Shown: positions 42,347-52,774 of the stretch, one piece after another
Layout: every line of letters begins with the position of its first letter
Numbering within the stretch: the stretch's first letter is position 1
NCBI GenBank assembly: GCA_944320495.1
Contig: CALUHR010000001.1
Coordinates: 1 to 64,000, forward strand
Length of the DNA: 64,000 nt
Source: Candidatus Methanomethylophilaceae archaeon
GTDB lineage: Archaea; Thermoplasmatota; Thermoplasmata; Methanomassiliicoccales; Methanomethylophilaceae
Direction: 5' to 3'
The notes under the pieces: model-generated
Told to the model about the DNA's origin: nothing
Database searches by the model: none
Seen by the model: only the letters and a program-made list of their open reading frames with translations
Made by a program: the position numbers and the translations under genes

Positions 42347-43801
42347 TCACTGGCCGGGGCTCTGGCTCTTCCTGAGCAGCTCCATCTTGTCGGAGTAGTA
42401 GGACGGACTCATGTCCATATGGTGGACATGGGGGTTCTCGAACCTCTGCTCCTCCTCCCATATCTCCTCGGAGAGCTGCCTCCTCACATGGGCGCGGATG
42501 TCCCCGAGGGGGACGAAGGGCGCGACGCGCTCCCCCTTGGACACAACCTTCCTGAGAAGGGGCTTCGCGGTGCAATCCGTGAGCACGACGTCCTTCCAGG
42601 GACGTACGGTGTCGATGCACCTGTACGGTTCGGAGAGGTCCACCTCCTCGTAGTCGTGGGTTATCAGGTCGGCGGTGGCATGGCCGGTGGAGTCGTACAC
42701 CCTGTACACGGCCTTCCTGCCTGGGTTTGTGATCTTCTCGACGGTCTCCGAGACCTTGATTTTCGGCACGACGGTGCCGTCGCGCTCCAGCGCTGCGATC
42801 TTGTAGACGCCTCCGAACACCGGGTCGCTGCTGGAAGTGATGAGCCTCTCGCCCACCCCGAATGCGTCGATGCATCCGCCCTGGTCTATGATCGAGCTGA
42901 TGGAATGCTCATCGAGGCTGTTGGACGCGACGATCCTGCAGTCCTCCAGGCCGGCGGCGTCGAGCATCCTGCGCACCTCCTTGGTTAGATAGGCGAGGTC
43001 GCCGGAGTCCAGGCGGACCCCCTTGAGCCTCCTGCCCATGGGTTCCAGGACCTCCTTCGCGCAGCGTATGGCGTTGGGGGTCCCGGATCTGAGCACATCG
43101 TAGGTGTCGATCAGCAGGATGGTGTCGTCCGGGTACAGTCTGGCGTAGCTCTCGAAGGCCTCGTACTCCGAGCGGTGGTACATGACCCAGCTGTGGGCCA
43201 TGGTACCCGTGATGGGTATGCCGAACATCTTGCCGGCGAGGACGGTGGCGCTGCCGGACGCCCCGCCGATATAGGCGGCCCTGGCTCCGTAGACGGCGGC
43301 ATCCATGTTGTGCGCCCTGCGGGCGCCGAAGTCGGAGACGCCCCTGCCCCTGGCCGCCCTGACGATGCGGGCGGTCTTGGTGGCGATGAGCGACTGATGG
43401 TTGAACTGCGCGAGGATGGCGGTCTCTATCATCTGCGCGTCTATCATCGGGGCGGTGACGGTGATCACCGGCTCACCGGGATAGATGACGGTGCCCTCGT
43501 CGAAGGCGCAGACGTCTCCCCTGAAGCGGAAGCCCCTCAGGAACTCGAGGAACCTCTCGTCGAACATCCCCAGCGAGTTGAGGTAGTCTATGTCGTCATC
43601 GTCGAAGTGCATCTCCGTGATGAACTCGACGATCTGTTCCAGGCCGGCGAAAACAGCGTAGCCTCCCCCGTCCGGGACCCTGCGGAAGTACACATCGAAG
43701 GTGGCGATGTCGTCGCATCCCTCGATGAAGTATCCGTTGGACATAGTCAGTTCATACAGGTCCATCACCATGGACAGGTTGCGTCTGTCTCCCATGCTCA
43801 T
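42347..43801 (-). CDS. pncB: Nicotinate phosphoribosyltransferase
   Basis: DLYELTM, DFGARRAH, GTMAHSW, LIDTYD, VRLDSGD and FGVGERL motifs. Confidence 0.95.
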   Translation of the reverse strand: MSMGDRRNLSMVMDLYELTMSNGYFIEGCDDIATFDVYFRRVPDGGGYAVFAGLEQIVEFITEMHFDDDDIDYLNSLGMFDERFLEFLRGFRFRGDVCAFDEGTVIYPGEPVITVTAPMIDAQMIETAILAQFNHQSLIATKTARIVRAARGRGVSDFGARRAHNMDAAVYGARAAYIGGASGSATVLAGKMFGIPITGTMAHSWVMYHRSEYEAFESYARLYPDDTILLIDTYDVLRSGTPNAIRCAKEVLEPMGRRLKGVRLDSGDLAYLTKEVRRMLDAAGLEDCRIVASNSLDEHSISSIIDQGGCIDAFGVGERLITSSSDPVFGGVYKIAALERDGTVVPKIKVSETVEKITNPGRKAVYRVYDSTGHATADLITHDYEEVDLSEPYRCIDTVRPWKDVVLTDCTAKPLLRKVVSKGERVAPFVPLGDIRAHVRRQLSEEIWEEEQRFENPHVHHMDMSPSYYSDKMELLRKSQSPGQ

Positions 43802-43842
43802 GAGAACGCTCTCCGCTCGCCGCCCCATCGTCGCATCGTAGT

Positions 43843-44901
43843 TCATTCTTTTGGGGCCGGATCCATCACCAGGGCGACCTTCATGATCCCGTCGCCGCGC
43901 TCGGAGAAGAGGTCGTAGGCCTCCATCGCCCTGCTGAATGGGAACCTGTGCGTGATCAGGCAGGACGCGTCCACTCTTCCCGCGGCGATGAGTTCCATAA
44001 TCTCGCCGCAGTGGCATCCGTCCACGCCCCCGGTCTTGAAGGTGAGGTTCTTGCCGTACATGTCGGGGAGCGGCAGTGTCTGGGTCTCCTCGTACATCGC
44101 CACGACAACGACGACGGCGTTCGGTCTCGCGATCCGCCAGGCGGTCTGCAGAGTGTCCCTGCCCCCGGCGACCTCAAGGACAACGTCTGCCCCGCGGCCG
44201 TCCGTCAACCCCTCGATGACCGTGCGCGGGTCCTCCGTTGCTGGGTCGATGTGGATGTCGCCGATGCCGTGCCTCCTCGCGAATACGAGGCGGAACGGGT
44301 CGGTGTCGATCAGGACGATCTTCGCAGGGTTGCGCAGGGCGGCCATCATGGCGCAGCACAGTCCCGTCGGTCCAGCGCCTATGATCGCCACCACGTCGCC
44401 CTCCGAGATGCCGCCGATGTCAACCGCCCAATATCCCGTGGAGAGGAGGTCCCCGGTCAGGAGGGCCCTCTCGTCGGAGACGCCGTCGGGGATCCGAGTG
44501 AGGCAGTTGTCCGCGTAGGGTACGCGCGCGTACTCCGCCTGTCCCCCGTCGATCCTGCAGCCCAGGGCCCATCCGCCCTTGGGGTCCGTGCAGTTGTTCA
44601 CCCAGCCATGCCTGCAGAAGAAGCAGTCCCCACAATAGGTCTCGCAGTTCACCGCGACCCTGTCCCCCGGCCTTATGCCATGCACATCCTCCCCGACATC
44701 GGTCACGACGCCGACGAACTCGTGGCCTACGGCGATGCCCGGGACGGCCCTGGGCACGGCCCCGGCGCGTATGTGCAGGTCGCTGGTGCAGATCGCAGCC
44801 ATGGTCACCCTGACGATCGCGTCCCTCGGGTCTTGGATACAGGGTTCCGGCTTCTCGGTGATGCGGAAATCGCCCTTTCCGACGTAGGTTACCGCCTTCA
44901 T
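43843..44901 (-). CDS. Zn-dependent alcohol dehydrogenase (MDR family)
   Basis: ICTSDLH, GHEFVG, CGDCFFC...NNC and GAGPTG motifs. Confidence 0.92.
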   Translation of the reverse strand: MKAVTYVGKGDFRITEKPEPCIQDPRDAIVRVTMAAICTSDLHIRAGAVPRAVPGIAVGHEFVGVVTDVGEDVHGIRPGDRVAVNCETYCGDCFFCRHGWVNNCTDPKGGWALGCRIDGGQAEYARVPYADNCLTRIPDGVSDERALLTGDLLSTGYWAVDIGGISEGDVVAIIGAGPTGLCCAMMAALRNPAKIVLIDTDPFRLVFARRHGIGDIHIDPATEDPRTVIEGLTDGRGADVVLEVAGGRDTLQTAWRIARPNAVVVVVAMYEETQTLPLPDMYGKNLTFKTGGVDGCHCGEIMELIAAGRVDASCLITHRFPFSRAMEAYDLFSERGDGIMKVALVMDPAPKE

Positions 44902-45044
44902 GCCCCCTGGATGAGGAGGACCCTATATCCATCCAGCGGACCGGATCGGGGCGGAAGTACTGTTATATAGAGGTCCATCCTTCCCAATTGACAGCACGGT
45001 CGAGGACGGTGCCTTTTTCCATCACTCGATGAGGAGATTGACCA

Positions 45045-45677
45045 ATGACTGAGGACACTCTTAAGACTGGCACGACCACAATAGGGCTCAAGCTGAAGGA
45101 CGGAGTCATACTGGCCTCCGACCAGAGGGCCACGATGAGCAACCTCATCGCCCACAGCCATGTCCAGAAGGTCTACAGGCTCTCGGACAACATCGGCATG
45201 ACCATCGCCGGGGTAGTCGGGGACGCCCAGCTCATGGTCCGCTACATGCAGAGCGAGATCTCCATCTACACGATGAAGAAGGGAGCACCCATGTCCGTCA
45301 CCGCGGCCGCCACCCTCATCGCCAGCGTCATCCGTCAGGGATTCTATCTCGGACTCATCGTCGGAGGATATGACAGGACCGGAGGGCACATCTTCAGCAT
45401 CGACGGCGCCGGAGGATACATCGAGGACAACTACTGCTCCGTCGGATCCGGCTCCCTCTTCGCCCTCGGCGCGCTCGAGTCCAACTTCAAGGAGGGCATG
45501 ACCAAGGAGGAGGGCATCGATGTTGCCATCACCGCCCTCAACTCCGCCAGGAGGAGGGACAACTGCACCGGAGACGGCATGCTCATCTCCTACATCGGCC
45601 CGGACGGCTACGAGGAGATCCCACGCGACAGGATCGTCTCCCGCTGCGAGGAGCTCGGGTTCAACTTCCCCAACTGA
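45045..45677 (+). CDS. psmB: Proteasome beta subunit
   Basis: Propeptide ...LKTG followed by TTTIG (N-terminal Thr nucleophile), then ASDQRAT and GSGS. Confidence 0.96.
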   Translation: MTEDTLKTGTTTIGLKLKDGVILASDQRATMSNLIAHSHVQKVYRLSDNIGMTIAGVVGDAQLMVRYMQSEISIYTMKKGAPMSVTAAATLIASVIRQGFYLGLIVGGYDRTGGHIFSIDGAGGYIEDNYCSVGSGSLFALGALESNFKEGMTKEEGIDVAITALNSARRRDNCTGDGMLISYIGPDGYEEIPRDRIVSRCEELGFNFPN

Positions 45678-45748
45678 GATTCATCACAAACCCCTTCCCA
45701 AAACCGATTTTCTACTCTCTTCAATCAAGATAGCAAGCAGGTCATCAC

Positions 45749-47653
45749 ATGAATGTCGACAGACTTTTCGACTCCCTGAGGGAGGAGGTGAGACGCGCGA
45801 TGCCCCCGGACGTAAGCATCAAGGACATCAAGTTCGAGGGGCCGCTGGTGGTCGTGTACACGGACGAGTACGAGAAGCTCTCCGCCAACGACTCGGTCGC
45901 CAGGACAGTGGCGCAGACGATACACCGCAGGGTGGACATACGCCCCGACCCCGCCGGACTAGAGGACCCGGCGAAGGTCGAGGAGATGATCCGCTCCATG
46001 ATTCCCGAGAAGGCGGACATCTTCGACATCAACTTCCTTGAGGAGACCGGGGAGGCCCTGGTCGAGGCGATCAACCCGTCAGAGGTGGTCGGGAAGGAGG
46101 GCAAGCTGCTGGCCGACCTGCGCAAGCAGTCCGGATGGAACGTCAAGGTCATCCGCGCCCCGCCGATACCGTCCAAGACCGTCTCCGACGTGAGGGGGTA
46201 CCTGAGGGTCAACCACGAGGAGCGCCAGGAGATGCTGACATCGGTCGCCAGGCGCATCGCCAGGCCGAAGCTCGAGGGGGAGCAGTGGGTCCGTGTCACC
46301 GCCATGGGCGGATTCAGGCAGGTCGGACGCTCCGCGTCCCTCCTGACCACCCGTGAGAGCAAGATCCTCATCGACTGCGGTCTCGACCCGTCCTCGGACA
46401 ACACGCCATACTTCGGCATCCCGGAGGCCCAGCCTCTGGCGGACATCGATGCCGTCGTCATCACCCATGCCCATCTGGACCACTGCGGCACCCTTCCGGC
46501 GCTGTTCAAGTACGGTTACAGGGGGCCCGTGTACTGCACGCCGCCCACCAGGGACCTCATGGCGCTGCTCCAGTTGGACAACATCAAGCTGGGGTTCGGG
46601 GAGAACAAGAAGACCCCCTACGAGGCGCAGCACGTCAGGCAGGAGATCCTGCACACGATCACGCTCAAGTACAACGAGGTCACCGACATCGCTCCGGATG
46701 TGCGCCTCACCTTCTACAACGCCGGACACATCCTCGGTTCCGCCATCGCCCACTTCCACATCGGCGAGGGCCTGCACAACGTGGCCTTCTCCGGCGATAC
46801 CAAGTACGAGAAGACCTGGCTGTTCAATCCCGCGAACACGAGGTTCCCCAGGCTCGAGACCCTGGTCATGGAGTCCACCTACGGAGGCCACAACGACATG
46901 CAGCCCTCCAGGGCGGATGCGTCCGAGCAGCTAGGTCAGTACCTGCAGCAGGCCGTCGAGCACGGCGGCAAGGTGCTGATCCCCGTCTTCGCCGTCGGAA
47001 GGTCCCAGGAGGTCATGCTGGTCATCGAGGAGCTCATCCGCACCGGCAAGATCCCCAAGATGACCGTGTGGCTCGACGGTATGATCTGGGAGGCCACAGC
47101 CATCCACACCGCGTACCCCGAGTACCTCAACAGCCAACTCAGGACCCAGATATTCCAGCAGAACAACAACCCGTTCCTGTCCCCCATCTTCAAGAGGGTC
47201 GAGACGGCCGACATGAGAGAGGAGATCTGCCACTCGCCCGACCCGTGCATCGTGCTCGCCACGAGCGGTATGATGTCCGGCGGACCGGTCATGGAGTACT
47301 TCCGCGAGTGGGCGGACGACGAGAGGAACTGGCTGCTCTTCGTAGGTTACCAGTCCGAGGGGAGCATCGGCCGCACCATCCAGAGGGGCAGGCCGGAGAT
47401 CACCCTCAACATGCGCGGCAAGCCGATCACCCTGAAGATCAAGATGCAGAGGGAGACGGTGGACGGATTCTCCGGACACTCGGACAGGAAGCAGCTCATG
47501 CGCTACATATCGTCCCTCGACCCGAAGCCGGACAGGATCATCATCGGGCACGGCGACGACCGCAAGTGCACGGACCTGGCGTCCTCGATCTACAAGAAGT
47601 ACGGCATCGAGACCAAGGCCCCGCAGAACCTCGAGACCATCAGGCTCAGGTGA
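45749..47653 (+). CDS. aCPSF1/FttA beta-CASP ribonuclease (two KH domains, MBL fold, beta-CASP)
   Basis: THAHLDHCG, AGHILGS, MESTYG and FSGHSD motifs; conserved archaeal position next to psmB. Confidence 0.95.
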   Translation: MNVDRLFDSLREEVRRAMPPDVSIKDIKFEGPLVVVYTDEYEKLSANDSVARTVAQTIHRRVDIRPDPAGLEDPAKVEEMIRSMIPEKADIFDINFLEETGEALVEAINPSEVVGKEGKLLADLRKQSGWNVKVIRAPPIPSKTVSDVRGYLRVNHEERQEMLTSVARRIARPKLEGEQWVRVTAMGGFRQVGRSASLLTTRESKILIDCGLDPSSDNTPYFGIPEAQPLADIDAVVITHAHLDHCGTLPALFKYGYRGPVYCTPPTRDLMALLQLDNIKLGFGENKKTPYEAQHVRQEILHTITLKYNEVTDIAPDVRLTFYNAGHILGSAIAHFHIGEGLHNVAFSGDTKYEKTWLFNPANTRFPRLETLVMESTYGGHNDMQPSRADASEQLGQYLQQAVEHGGKVLIPVFAVGRSQEVMLVIEELIRTGKIPKMTVWLDGMIWEATAIHTAYPEYLNSQLRTQIFQQNNNPFLSPIFKRVETADMREEICHSPDPCIVLATSGMMSGGPVMEYFREWADDERNWLLFVGYQSEGSIGRTIQRGRPEITLNMRGKPITLKIKMQRETVDGFSGHSDRKQLMRYISSLDPKPDRIIIGHGDDRKCTDLASSIYKKYGIETKAPQNLETIRLR

Positions 47654-47665
47654 AAAACATCCCCA

Positions 47666-47690
47666 TCCCCCGGCGGATCCTGCCGGGGGA
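47666..47690. terminator. Hairpin between convergent genes
   Basis: TCCCCCGGC-N7-GCCGGGGGA. Confidence 0.5.
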
Positions 47691-47734
47691 CGGTTCTCAA
47701 GAAGTTTCGGAGGGACGGCGGTGCCGCCCCGGAC

Positions 47735-50605
47735 TCAGGCGTTCCTGCGACGTACGACCACGACGGCGGCTATCGCTATCACCGCTATGACCGCTATCGC
47801 GATGCCGACGATCAGCACGGTGTCGATGCCCCCGTCCTCGGTACCGGTCTCGGTCAGCGTGAAGGACGAGATCATGTCGGCGCCGGTTGTGGTGAAGGAT
47901 GTGACCCCGTCGGAGACGGTTACGTCGAAGGGGTAGCCGAAGCCGTCGGAGCCGTATCCGTCCACATCCCATTCGCCGTTCAGGGTGATCGAGGCGTCCA
48001 GGTAGGTCTGGGACCCCTCCTCGTCCAGCGTGGATGCGTACATGGCGTACAGCGGGGCATCCACCCAGGTCATGTAGTCGGGCACGCTGTCGTTGCGCTC
48101 CAGCTCGAACCATACCGGACCTGCGGGGATGTCCGCCAGCGCGACGGTCACGCTCCCGATGTCGTTTCTGACGGTCAGGTGCGTCGTCGGACCGGTCCTC
48201 GCGTTCGTGAGCGAGGAGGCGTCGGCCAGATAGAACACGGAGTCGGAGCCGATGTCCACCTTCAGTACGGAGCCTTCCTGGGCGAAGTCGTAGGACGGCA
48301 CCCATACATCGGTCAGGGTCTCGTCGGCGTGGACGTGGTATTCGGTGCCTGCCGGATAGTAGTAGAATCCGCCGAACCATCCGGCGAACGTCATCCCCTC
48401 CGATTCGGACGAGGGCTCCACCGCTATGGTCTGACCGAACTCGTAGGTGGATGTGACTCCGCCGATGGTGACCTCGAAGGACGGCATGGACTGGTTCACG
48501 ATGACGTATCTGTCCCCATGCCCGAGGTCGGTGACGGTGGCGGAGCCGTCGTCGTTGAGTTCGTACGGCATCCCGCTGAGGTACGGGTTGTAGGGCTCGA
48601 TGATGTACTGTGCGCCGAAGCCCAGTCCGTGCTGGCAGGGCACCATGGTCACGGATACGACCTCGGAATCCACAATCTCCACGGTGGCGTCGATGTAGCT
48701 CCAGCTCGGGAAGTAGTACTCGCGATCGGCGATGATCGAGTCGTCGGTTCCGCTGCAGAAGATGGCGGTCCCGTTCACGCTCCCGCCCCCTATCTCCACG
48801 AAGTCCACGTGGCTGTCCTCGAAGGTCACGCTGACGTCTTCCGGCACGTAGAGTTCGGTCGATGCGAAGGTCAGGTAGTTGGAGATGTCGTTGCCTCCGT
48901 GGTCGAGGGCGTAGACCAGATCGCCGGAGACCACCGATGCGCCGGAGAACACGAGATCCGATCCTTCGATGTAGCTCATGGTGCCTTCGATGCTCTCGAG
49001 GTCCGCACGGTAGGTGTCGACGTTGAAGTCGGTCATGGCGGAGCCCTCGGCGGTCATTCCCGTGAGGGTCTCGGTCACTCCGAAGTTGCTTCCCCCGTTG
49101 TAGACGGTCATCGATCCGATCTCGATGGACTGCCCGTCGGAGCCGGAAACCGCCCTCAGATCGGAGATCTCGTAGGATGCGTTCCTGTGGAACTCGTCCG
49201 TGATGGATATCCGCCCCTCGGCCATGAGGGATCCGATCTCAATGAGGGTCTCGGCGCCCGTCTCCGAGGAGGAGGTCTGCACGTGCACTCCGCTGATCCT
49301 CACGGCGGACATGACGGCCTCCTCGTTCCAGGAGGATCCGGTCGCCGAACCCAGCGAGACGGCGAGGTCCACATCGCCGGCGGATGCGCTGATGTCAGCT
49401 GAGATGTCGGAGAGTGCGAACTCCCCACCCATGGAACCGGTCTCGGCGGTGAGGTCGGACTTCACGGAGGCCGACGGTAGGTCGATGTTCAGGGCGAGGT
49501 CTGCGGCCGTCTGATCGGCGGAGATGCTGATCCTCGCACCGATCTCTGCGCCGGTGGCATCGAACTCGAAGGATAGCGACTGTTCGGCCGTAGTCTGGTG
49601 GATTGTCGCCGAGACCGATCCCACGGAAACGCCGAAGGTCTCGCCTTCGAGGTCTCCTCCGATCGTCATGGACCCGTCCTTTCCCTGGAGCAGGTCGAAC
49701 TCGGTTCTGATGTCATCCGCACTGATGTCCATCGAGAAGTATTCGGTCTCGTACGAGAGCGAGACGGAACCAACCGAAACGGATGCGGGAATAGCCGTGC
49801 CATCATCGGATTGGGCGAGTCCGAATTCGACCCTGACATCCTCTGTGGATGCTGCCCCGATCCCTGGGATGGACATGGACAGCGACGCCGCGGAGATGAA
49901 TGCGGGGCCGTCCCCGGAGATGTCCGTCATGGACATGGCGCCGGTGGCCAGGTCGGCGGTCATGCGGATCTCTGCTCTCATATCGGTGCAGTCCGAGCTC
50001 AGGCTGGAGAATGGGAATTGGATCTCGGGGTACAGTGCCGATATGACCGATGTCGGCAGGGTGCCGGCGGATTCGGGTATATCGATGAGGACGGACACCT
50101 CGAAAGAGGTCTCGGTGATCGACACCCTGCCGTCCATCTCCTTGGAAGGGCCTCCGACGGTGACGCCGTCGAACATCGTGATCCTCCCGCCGTCGCTGAT
50201 GTCCATCGAGACGATCATGTCAGCGGGGTCCGTCAGGTCTATGACGAGGTCAAAGGTGCCATCGAATCCGACATCTGTCCTGTCCGCCACCAGATAGGGG
50301 GTGGCCATGTACCATACCGTGGATCCGGGCATGAGCACTATGGTGCCGTCGCCCGATACGCTGGTGCTACCGTTGACGAGGAGGGATGACCCGGTCTCGA
50401 AGGTCATGGTGGCCCCATCCGCGAATGTCACGTTCTTTCCTGAGAGATCGAAGGTCTCCAGGGCCCCGAAGCTCCGGTCGCCGGAGACCTCGTAAGGCTC
50501 CAGATCCCCCGTCGCCGCTTCGCACCCATCCTCGGCCAGGATGGCCACGCCGGCGAAGGCGATTACGACTGCCAGCATGGCAGTCAGCGCTATTCTTCTG
50601 TCCAT
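47735..50605 (-). CDS. Large acidic cell-surface or adhesin-like protein
   Basis: N-terminal signal peptide, Ser/Thr/Asp-rich beta-rich body, one InlB B-repeat-like unit (FAGWFGG...ADETLTDVW), and a C-terminal TM helix plus RRR tail. Confidence 0.8.
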   Translation of the reverse strand: MDRRIALTAMLAVVIAFAGVAILAEDGCEAATGDLEPYEVSGDRSFGALETFDLSGKNVTFADGATMTFETGSSLLVNGSTSVSGDGTIVLMPGSTVWYMATPYLVADRTDVGFDGTFDLVIDLTDPADMIVSMDISDGGRITMFDGVTVGGPSKEMDGRVSITETSFEVSVLIDIPESAGTLPTSVISALYPEIQFPFSSLSSDCTDMRAEIRMTADLATGAMSMTDISGDGPAFISAASLSMSIPGIGAASTEDVRVEFGLAQSDDGTAIPASVSVGSVSLSYETEYFSMDISADDIRTEFDLLQGKDGSMTIGGDLEGETFGVSVGSVSATIHQTTAEQSLSFEFDATGAEIGARISISADQTAADLALNIDLPSASVKSDLTAETGSMGGEFALSDISADISASAGDVDLAVSLGSATGSSWNEEAVMSAVRISGVHVQTSSSETGAETLIEIGSLMAEGRISITDEFHRNASYEISDLRAVSGSDGQSIEIGSMTVYNGGSNFGVTETLTGMTAEGSAMTDFNVDTYRADLESIEGTMSYIEGSDLVFSGASVVSGDLVYALDHGGNDISNYLTFASTELYVPEDVSVTFEDSHVDFVEIGGGSVNGTAIFCSGTDDSIIADREYYFPSWSYIDATVEIVDSEVVSVTMVPCQHGLGFGAQYIIEPYNPYLSGMPYELNDDGSATVTDLGHGDRYVIVNQSMPSFEVTIGGVTSTYEFGQTIAVEPSSESEGMTFAGWFGGFYYYPAGTEYHVHADETLTDVWVPSYDFAQEGSVLKVDIGSDSVFYLADASSLTNARTGPTTHLTVRNDIGSVTVALADIPAGPVWFELERNDSVPDYMTWVDAPLYAMYASTLDEEGSQTYLDASITLNGEWDVDGYGSDGFGYPFDVTVSDGVTSFTTTGADMISSFTLTETGTEDGGIDTVLIVGIAIAVIAVIAIAAVVVVRRRNA

Positions 50606-50771
50606 GAAATATCACCTTGCGGAATCCGTCGGGATACTGCAGAAATCGTATCGACGGGAATGCATTTAACAGGTATGTAAAGAGAATGGGCAGAGGTACT
50701 GATAGAAGGAGTGGGAAGAGGGATAGAATATGGAATGGGCCCGCCGTAGCGGACCCTTGAGTTTTAGAGAA

Positions 50772-51311
50772 TCACCAGTTGGTGGCCCTGACCTCGAAGA
50801 AAGACTGGGCGTGCTTGCACACCGGGCAGACCTGGGGCGCGGTCTCTCCGACGTGGATGTATCCGCAGTTGCGGCATTTCCACATGACGACCTGGTCCTT
50901 CTTGAAGACCATTCCGCCCTCGAGGTTCTTCAGGAGGTCGTTGTACCTGGCCTCGTGGGTCTTCTCGATTCCGCCGACGGCCTCGAACAGGGCGGCGATC
51001 TCGTCGAATCCCTCCTCCCTCGCGGTCTTCGCGAAGTCGGCGTACATGGTGGTCCACTCGTAGTTCTCGCCGGCGGCGGCGTCCTTCAGGTTCTCGACGG
51101 TCTTGGGGACCTTGTTGTCGTGGAGGGCCTTGAACCACAGCTTGGCGTGCTCCTTCTCGTTCTCGGCGGTCTCGAGGAAGATGTCGGCGATCTGCTCGTA
51201 TCCCTCTTTCTTGGCCTGGGAGGCGTAGTAGGTGTATTTGTTCCTGGCCATGGACTCGCCAGCGAAGGCGGCGTTCAGGTTGGCTTCTGTTTTGGATCCT
51301 TTGAGTTCCAT
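50772..51311 (-). CDS. rbr: Rubrerythrin
   Basis: [27 protein letters not shown] and WKCRNCG...CPVC motifs. Confidence 0.96.
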   Translation of the reverse strand: MELKGSKTEANLNAAFAGESMARNKYTYYASQAKKEGYEQIADIFLETAENEKEHAKLWFKALHDNKVPKTVENLKDAAAGENYEWTTMYADFAKTAREEGFDEIAALFEAVGGIEKTHEARYNDLLKNLEGGMVFKKDQVVMWKCRNCGYIHVGETAPQVCPVCKHAQSFFEVRATNW

Positions 51312-51415
51312 AATATCCTCGGATAGGGGGATGGACGCCGACGATTAATAAGTTAACGGCGTTAGGACGACCTAAGACAAAGATATGCATTGCTGACCTC
51401 ACGATATGTGGGATA

Positions 51416-52042
51416 TCGGTGCCTGAGCTTGTCCTTCCACGACCTCTTCAGATTGCCGTCCTTGTCGAACTTGGTCCTCATCAGCTTGTCGTAGTTGCTC
51501 CGGATCTTCGGGTCGGCCGGCTTGATCTCCATCAGCAGCTCCAGCTCCGCCTTCGCCTTCCGATAGTCCTTGAGATCGTTCAGGAGCAGGACCGCGTAGT
51601 TCTGATGGTAGACGTAGTTGGACGGATCCGTGGCGATAGCCTTCTCGTAGAATTCGCCCGCCCTCCTGAAGTCAGTTATCTGGTTGCGGAGGAATCTGGC
51701 ATACTCGTTGTACAGGTCGCCAGAGGGACAGAGTTCCACAAGTCTTTTGAAGAGCTCGTCGGTCTCCTTGTTGTTCCTCTTGTCGCGGGCGAGGACCGAG
51801 ACCTTCGCCTTCATGGCATCGGTGTTGACGGGGTCCAGATCCAGGATGACGTCCAGCTGCATCAGCCCGTAGCTGACGTCCTGGAGGTCCCTGATGGCGA
51901 TCTCCGCGAGGACCAGCCTGGGCTTGGTGTTGTGCGGGTCTGTGGCCAGATACGCCTCCAGCGTGTTAGCGGCTCCCGTGGGGTTGCCGCTGGACGCCTG
52001 GTTCCTCGCCTTGGTGATGGCCTCGAATGCCGGATCGCTCAT
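51416..52042 (-). CDS. Tetratricopeptide-repeat protein; ends at CGA
   Basis: Repeated helical TPR-like units (YEKAIATDPSN, LLMEIKPADP); ends WKDKLRH then CGA at 51418-51416. Confidence 0.8.
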
Positions 52043-52148
52043 GACACCCCGAGCGGTGACCTGTTTATAATGGGTTTATCGGAAGCCTCGTCGGAGTCGG
52101 GATCGACCGTTCGAAGGTCTCTTAACCGCGATGGCGGTTGTACGGTCG

Positions 52149-52541
52149 ATGGGAGCTCGCAAGGCGGCCGTTTCGTTCCTGGCCGGGATGCTGATGACCG
52201 TGCTACTGGTGGTCATCATACCGGTCATAGTCGATGAGTACATCCAGGAGTGGATACGGGAGGCGGTCGGGGACACCGGACTTGCCTTCTTGACATCCGA
52301 TGTCATAGTGACCATACTCATCTGGGTCGTCATCCTGGGATTCATGATAGTCCTCGGGGCCGGAGGCATACTCAGACGCTTCGGCATTTTCGGGATCCTC
52401 GGCCTGATCTTCGCCTATTGGATCATGGGCGATGTGACGGATGCTGTCCTGCCGCTGCTGATCCTCGTGGCGATGCTTGTCGTCTCATGGGTGCGCGATG
52501 TCAGGAGGAGGAAGAGGGATGGTACCCTCAAAACCAGATGA
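52149..52541 (+). CDS. Small multi-pass membrane protein
   Basis: About four hydrophobic helices and a basic C-terminal tail. Confidence 0.7.
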   Translation: MGARKAAVSFLAGMLMTVLLVVIIPVIVDEYIQEWIREAVGDTGLAFLTSDVIVTILIWVVILGFMIVLGAGGILRRFGIFGILGLIFAYWIMGDVTDAVLPLLILVAMLVVSWVRDVRRRKRDGTLKTR

Positions 52542-52774
52542 TGAGGTCTCAACGAACATCAACACCGTTAATCTGGGCAGTTAGTTTTAAATATAAGATG
52601 AAAATGCCCATTACAGGGAAGCCCGACGTCCGTAGCCCGTCAGTCGTTTTCCTCCTTTACCCGACACGGAACCATTTACTGGCGACGGCTCTCCCCCCCC
52701 CCCTTCTTGTCCAACAACATCTGATGTCTGAGATCGGACGCATCCATCTTTAATCCGCATCCTCATGACGGGTC

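Noticed and set aside
43802-44017. N-terminal extension of PncB in the 556-aa track ORF
   Set aside because: It overlaps the alcohol dehydrogenase 3' end and contains an in-frame CGG-CGA just before the MSMGD start.
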